A DNA stretch of 64,000 nt, from contig JBAYHJ010000004.1 in the NCBI GenBank assembly GCA_041666225.1, forward strand, positions 4,350 through 68,349, in the 5' to 3' direction. The notes beneath the pieces are model-generated. The model was not told the DNA's origin, ran no database searches, and saw only the letters and a program-made list of their open reading frames with translations. Positions 59,674-64,000 of the stretch are shown here, one piece after another. The translations under genes and the position numbers were made by a program. Every line of letters starts with the position of its first letter. The first letter of the stretch is position 1. This DNA comes from Minisyncoccota bacterium (lineage in GTDB: Bacteria; Patescibacteriota; Minisyncoccia; Phycocordibacterales; UBA9973).

Positions 59674-60483
59674 TTATTTTATCAAGAAATATAGAATTAT
59701 TATTATCCCAAGTATTATTCGATAATAACCAAAAATCTTAAAATTATGTTTCTGAACAAAATTAATTAAGAATTTTACTATAATGAGCGCTACAAAAAAA
59801 GAGACAATAAAACCAATCATTAAAACAACTAACTGTTCGAAATTAAGTACTCCTTTGTATTTTAATAGACTATATGCCGAAGCAGCAAACATTGTTGGAA
59901 TAGCTAAAAAGAAAGAAAACTCCGTGGCAACTGCTCTGGAAGCTCCTAAAATCATACCTCCCATTATTGTTCCAGCTGATCTTGAAACTCCAGGGATCAT
60001 AGATAGACATTGAATTAATCCAACAAAAAATGCGGTTTTATAACTCAAGTCACCGATCGAAATAATTTTAGCTATTTTATTTTTATTTTCAATTAAAATA
60101 ATAATCAAACCACCAACAAGTAGAGATATTGCTACTACCCACGGATTAAATAATTTTTCTTCAATAAAACTAGCAAATATGGCCCCAAGTAATATTGCCG
60201 GTATCACCCCAACTATAGTCTTGTACCAAATATTTAAAGTTTCTTTATTTTTTATTTTATCTTTTGTAAAAGGCCATAGTTTTTTGATAAAATAAACTAA
60301 AACAGCCAAGATGGCTCCGAGTTGAATAACTATATCAAACAACACTGTAAAATCTTCACTAAAAGATAAAAATTGATTCACAAGGATAAGATGCCCAGTA
60401 GAGGAAATTGGTAAAAATTCTGTAAATCCTTCCACTACCCCTAAGATTATCGCTTTAATTATTTCCCAGATATGTAATTCCAT
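59674..60483 (-). CDS. uppP: Undecaprenyl-diphosphate phosphatase (BacA)
   Basis: EGFTEFLPISSTGH, IQLGAILA, PGVSRSAGT, EFSFFLAIP. Confidence 0.97.
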   Translation of the reverse strand: MELHIWEIIKAIILGVVEGFTEFLPISSTGHLILVNQFLSFSEDFTVLFDIVIQLGAILAVLVYFIKKLWPFTKDKIKNKETLNIWYKTIVGVIPAILLGAIFASFIEEKLFNPWVVAISLLVGGLIIILIENKNKIAKIISIGDLSYKTAFFVGLIQCLSMIPGVSRSAGTIMGGMILGASRAVATEFSFFLAIPTMFAASAYSLLKYKGVLNFEQLVVLMIGFIVSFFVALIIVKFLINFVQKHNFKIFGYYRIILGIIIILYFLIK

Positions 60484-60498
60484 AAATTTATTTTATCA

Positions 60499-60520
60499 TA
60501 GGTTCGAACTTATACTAAAC
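60499..60520 (+). repeat. Partial copy of the second-array boundary repeat
   Basis: taggttcgaacttatactaaac vs taggttcgaactaatactaacc at 62688. Confidence 0.7.
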
Positions 60521-60579
60521 ATATTTACACAAAGGGAAGAAAAGCTCGTTTTAGTGAATGAACTAAATCGAAAAAAGAA

Positions 60580-60795
60580 TTAAGATCTATCGTTTAAATA
60601 TTTACTAGCGATACTCAAAGCAAATGAAGGCAATATAATAAAAACCGTTGCAAACAAGAGTTTCATCAATATCTGTGTTGTTTTTGAGTCTGGCATATCT
60701 GGCCCAGAGGCTGTAATAACAATCAAAATACCAATAATTCCAAAAACAATTGACGAGTAAATAAAAACTTTTGTGGCTATTTTTTGCATAATCAT
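60580..60795 (-). CDS. Small 2-TM hypothetical protein (cassette gene)
   Basis: Two hydrophobic helices; LPSFALS.A.KYL. Confidence 0.65.
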   Translation of the reverse strand: MIMQKIATKVFIYSSIVFGIIGILIVITASGPDMPDSKTTQILMKLLFATVFIILPSFALSIASKYLNDRS

Positions 60796-60804
60796 ATTAT
60801 ATCA

Positions 60805-60882
60805 CAGTTCGTAACCTCTATATAAAGCTCACAAAATACATATGAGTTTGACAGTCTCCAAACTTGGGACGATGTTCAAATG
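60805..60882 (+). repeat. Diverged copy of the second-array boundary repeat
   Basis: cagttcgtaacctcta...hairpin...ctccaaacttgggacgatgttcaaatg. Confidence 0.7.
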
Positions 60883-60933
60883 GAAATATTAAAAGATATA
60901 AAAAAATATATCGTAAGTGTTGTAATATTGTCG

Positions 60934-61806
60934 CTAAACTCCTATCTTCCAAATTCCTTTTTCAAAAAATGCTTCAATGGTTTGACGAGTTGCCTTGTTG
61001 ATAAGATTTGAATGTGATATTTTATTCTTTTTTGCATATTCAACTAACGGAATAATCTTTTTACCATCTAGATATGCTAAACGTTTGTGATAACTATTTG
61101 TAAGTGATCTAGCAACAATTTCTTCCATTATTTTAGTCTTACCCTTCTCATCAAATTCCTTAAATGCATCATAGTATTTTTTGCGATCAATAAATTTAAT
61201 GTTAATTGGTACAAATCCTTCTCTAATAAGAAGATAATTATTTAATACTCTTCCAATACGTCCATTCCCATCACAAAATGGGTGTGTGTATTCAAAAACC
61301 AAATGAAGTTTCGCTATACGTTGTATAATATTTTCATGACCACTTGCATTATATTCATTTATCATTTTCTCGAGTCGATCAATTACTTCTTCTGGCTTAG
61401 GGGCAATGTGACTTCCAACTCTGACATATTCACCTGTTTTTCTAAATCTTCCAGCAATATCATCTCGAATATTTGAAATAAGCATTTTATGAAGAGATAA
61501 AATTACACCAAGGTTTAATTCTTGTTCCTTAGCTCTTTTATCAAGATAAGATACAACTCTCGCAAGATTTTTTGCTTCAAAAATTTCACGCTCACTAATA
61601 AATCTATCAAGATCAATCTGTAAAAGTATTTTTTCTGTTTCTTCTAAAGTAAGTGTGCTGTTTTCAATTGCATTCGAATTATAAACTTGCTCAGCAACTT
61701 CTGCTTCACTAATAAGTTTTATAAGTGAATCCTTACCCATAGAAGCTTTATAATAACGCTCTCTCAATAAATTTATTTTATTATATACACTTAATACTTT
61801 TACCAT
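60934..61806 (-). CDS. Fic domain protein
   Basis: YNSNAIEN; canonical HPFCDGNGRIGR. Confidence 0.93.
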   Translation of the reverse strand: MVKVLSVYNKINLLRERYYKASMGKDSLIKLISEAEVAEQVYNSNAIENSTLTLEETEKILLQIDLDRFISEREIFEAKNLARVVSYLDKRAKEQELNLGVILSLHKMLISNIRDDIAGRFRKTGEYVRVGSHIAPKPEEVIDRLEKMINEYNASGHENIIQRIAKLHLVFEYTHPFCDGNGRIGRVLNNYLLIREGFVPINIKFIDRKKYYDAFKEFDEKGKTKIMEEIVARSLTNSYHKRLAYLDGKKIIPLVEYAKKNKISHSNLINKATRQTIEAFFEKGIWKIGV

Positions 61807-61904
61807 ATGTTAATATTATAGTCTTTTTCACGATTTTAGCAAGAAAACCGTGAAAATAGTTAATTTTTTAATGTTTTTCACGTTTTTGACTATAATTATC
61901 ATTT

Positions 61905-62088
61905 TAGGTTCGAACTTCTACTAGCCTCCGAAAAACAACCATTGTAAAATATGGTTTAAAATTTTGCTCCGAACTTGGGATGATGCTCCCGTTTTATTAG
62001 ATTGTAACCAATCTGTTTAAAACGCAGGTCCATCGATAATGATGGACACCTGTAGACGGTCCTTTAGGGTTCGAATGAGTATATTAGG
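61905..62088 (+). repeat. Second-array boundary repeat copy A with an 84-bp structured insertion (61986-62069)
   Basis: Colinear with 62688-62857 once the insertions are removed. Confidence 0.85.
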
Positions 62089-62118
62089 TAATTAACATCA
62101 TGTGATATAATAAAAATT

Positions 62119-62598
62119 ATGAAAACCAATGTCTATATAGATGGAAATAATTTATATCGTTCCGCCCAAGAACTAGGTTTTAATATTGATTATAAAAAGT
62201 TTAGAGGTTGGCTCAGACAAAAATATAACGCAAATAATATCTATTTATTTATTGGACTTGTACCTGATAGGGTAAAGTTCTATGAATATCTACAAAGTTG
62301 TGGTTATATTTTAGTTTTTAAACAAACCGTTTCTGTTGGAGAAAAAATTAAAGGCAATTGTGACGCAGAACTTGTTTTAAAAACTGTTTCAGATTTTTAT
62401 ACTAAATCATTTGATAAATGTATCCTAGTTACAGGAGATGGAGACTTCGGGTGCCTTGTAGAATTTCTAAAAGAAAATAATTCCATAAACAAAGTTTTAT
62501 CTCCAGATGTAAATAAATGTTCATTTTTATTGAGAAATAAAAATGTAGAAATTACATTCTTAAACAATCTTTATCATAAATTCTCAAACAAGATATAA
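62119..62598 (+). CDS. NYN domain (LabA/DUF88, PIN-like) protein
   Basis: YIDGNNLY, KGNCDAELV, TGDGDF. Confidence 0.92.
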   Translation: MKTNVYIDGNNLYRSAQELGFNIDYKKFRGWLRQKYNANNIYLFIGLVPDRVKFYEYLQSCGYILVFKQTVSVGEKIKGNCDAELVLKTVSDFYTKSFDKCILVTGDGDFGCLVEFLKENNSINKVLSPDVNKCSFLLRNKNVEITFLNNLYHKFSNKI

Positions 62599-62687
62599 AG
62601 AAAAAGCCCCCGATGTAGACGAATCTACATAGGGGTCTCTTTCATAATGATATCAGTATTATATCGCAAACGATATCATAAAGTCAA
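62599..62687 (-). promoter_or_regulatory. Predicted promoter plus short hairpin RNA convergent on the NYN gene
   Basis: TTGACT(62687-62682)-18 bp-TATAAT(62663-62658); hairpin cccc-t-atgtaga-ttcg-tctacat-c-gggg followed by gcttttcttt. Confidence 0.55.
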
Positions 62688-62857
62688 TAGGTTCGAACTA
62701 ATACTAACCCCTGCCAGCCCTCCTATAGTCGGGAGCAGGCTGGTCCGAAAAATAACCATTATAAAATATGGTTTTAAAAAGTGCTCCCTGCCCGAAATGC
62801 TACGTATATCGTTGCAGGCGGGCGAACTTGGGATGATGTTCGAATGAGTATTATAGG
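62688..62857 (+). repeat. Second-array boundary repeat copy B with 34-bp and 36-bp CCTGCC-type insertions
   Basis: Insertions at 62710-62743 and 62788-62823 are absent from copy A. Confidence 0.85.
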
Positions 62858-62969
62858 AAAATAATAAAGACCCACAAACACTTTCATATAATGTGGGTCT
62901 TTTACTCCTGCTAAACGAGCCTGTTTTTTGTTACCAAAAATTGAGTTGTTTATTGAAATTACATTAAAC

Positions 62970-63728
62970 TCATACTGAAAATAATTTCAGAGATTTTTGA
63001 ACGTAATCTATGGCTATTTGCACATCCAGTTCGTCTTCTATTGTACGAAGTCTTCCCTCTGCATCGATACAAAGTTCGGGGAAATCTTTTACCAATGGTT
63101 CAACCAAATTCAGTGTTGTCGGACTCAATCCCCCTGCTACACCCAGACCGAAGTTATTTCTTTTAGCACCTAATGCTTCCAAATAATTCTTCGCAATTAT
63201 AGGGTCAAATGGTTTTCCTGTACCATCGCTTGGGTCAAGTAAGACATAATCAATGAGGTCGGCATATTCACGATGTACCTTATCAGCCAGTTTTTGAGGC
63301 GAATGAGACACTTCATTAAAAGCGTCACCGCCAATTTGAAGTACAATACATTTTTTTTCGTAAAATTTTTTGTATGCTTCCAGTACCCTTACTGAAGGCC
63401 AGGCAATATTAAGCTGGAATCCATTAAAGTTTTCTCCTGAGTAGTCAGTTACTTCTAGCAACTGTGACAAAAGATTTTCAGGCTCTTTGGTGTTAAAGTG
63501 AACCAAATTCAGACAATTTTCATTGTCGAGAAAAATATTCTCCATTTCACTTATCGATGGATAACGACCAGGCCACTTGTTCGTAATTCCCTTCAAGCTT
63601 TTTGAGCTTGCCAAAACGCCAACCATCAACAATCGATTTGCCTTTTGAAAATTAATGCCCTTCAGAGTATCTGATACTTCTTCGGGAGACATAAACCCTG
63701 TAATACCAATGTATGGTTTCTTTTTCAT
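62970..63728 (-). CDS. TrpF/PRAI-like TIM-barrel protein
   Basis: YIGITG, LLDPSDGTG, GVAGGLSP, IDAEGRLR. Confidence 0.65.
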   Translation of the reverse strand: MKKKPYIGITGFMSPEEVSDTLKGINFQKANRLLMVGVLASSKSLKGITNKWPGRYPSISEMENIFLDNENCLNLVHFNTKEPENLLSQLLEVTDYSGENFNGFQLNIAWPSVRVLEAYKKFYEKKCIVLQIGGDAFNEVSHSPQKLADKVHREYADLIDYVLLDPSDGTGKPFDPIIAKNYLEALGAKRNNFGLGVAGGLSPTTLNLVEPLVKDFPELCIDAEGRLRTIEDELDVQIAIDYVQKSLKLFSV

Positions 63729-63829
63729 GGTGCTATTTTTTTAGTAATGAATGTTTTTTCTTTAGATTAATCTTAAATGGATACATTGTCAAACAAAAAC
63801 AAAAAAGACCTAAACATTTTGAATAGGTC

Positions 63830-64000
63830 TTAGTCTTCTGGAAACGAATCAACTTCTTTAATGATGACATCTTCCAATAATTCTTTTTGGTAAGGACCAT
63901 ACTTTGCTTTTCCAACAACTTTTTTACCGTTCAAAATTAGTAGAAAATATTCTTTATCAGCAGGCATCATCTTATCATAAGGTAGATTATCTTTATCAAA
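63830..64000 (-). CDS. C-terminus of a probable NUDIX (MTH1/NUDT1-like) hydrolase, partial
   Basis: Manual translation FDKDNLPYDKMMPADKEYFLLILNGKKVVG...FPED*, resembling the WF....P...M.P.D motif. Confidence 0.55.
   Translation of the reverse strand, partial: FDKDNLPYDKMMPADKEYFLLILNGKKVVGKAKYGPYQKELLEDVIIKEVDSFPED

Noticed and set aside
62647-62847. 66-aa ORF
   Set aside because: It is a translation of the boundary repeat and its inserts.
60499-62857. Functional tRNA genes at the GGTTCGAA motifs
   Set aside because: Only T-loop-like fragments; no D-arm, anticodon arm or acceptor pairing could be built.
63733-63918. 61-aa ORF
   Set aside because: It overlaps, out of frame, the better-supported NUDIX-like C-terminus (63830-64000).
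1-64000. UGA recoding (code 25, as in Gracilibacteria/Absconditabacteria)
   Set aside because: Conserved genes are intact under code 11, and ybeY, guaC and lctP end at TGA at the expected lengths.

Overview
Low-GC chromosomal window that looks like Patescibacteria/CPR (Parcubacteria, Nomurabacteria-like). This is inferred from gene content, minimal AlaS/PriA/GlmU, a TrbC/VirB2-like pilin cluster and near-leaderless genes; the standard code is used (TGA = stop). It is mostly housekeeping: the end of the infA-rpmJ-rpsMKD-rpoA cluster, alaS, mnmA, mltG, typA, rseP, frr, holB, mreB, priA, rpsU, ybeY, ftsAZ, trxB, glmU, gpmA, gyrA, rpsA, pth, lepB, hisS, def, fmt, hpf, guaC, a DEAD-box helicase, csp, uppP, and tRNA-Val, -Ser and -Glu. 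The most interesting signals are non-coding. (1) Two accessory arrays (about 32.1-35.6 kb, anchored on tRNA-Glu, and about 60.5-63.7 kb) hold single-gene cassettes separated by conserved repeats resembling tRNA 3' ends; no recombinase lies in the window. (2) Both NYN nuclease cassettes carry a predicted promoter-driven 45-55 nt hairpin RNA. (3) A RAYT/IS200-like HUH transposase has cognate palindromes flanking it, inside its own ORF and in frame inside mnmA. (4) CCTGCC-type mini-insertions and TAATTCG heptamer tracts interrupt repeats and genes. (5) There is an unidentified ~180-nt structured RNA candidate at 20.5 kb. All calls were made by eye from motifs; no searches were run.
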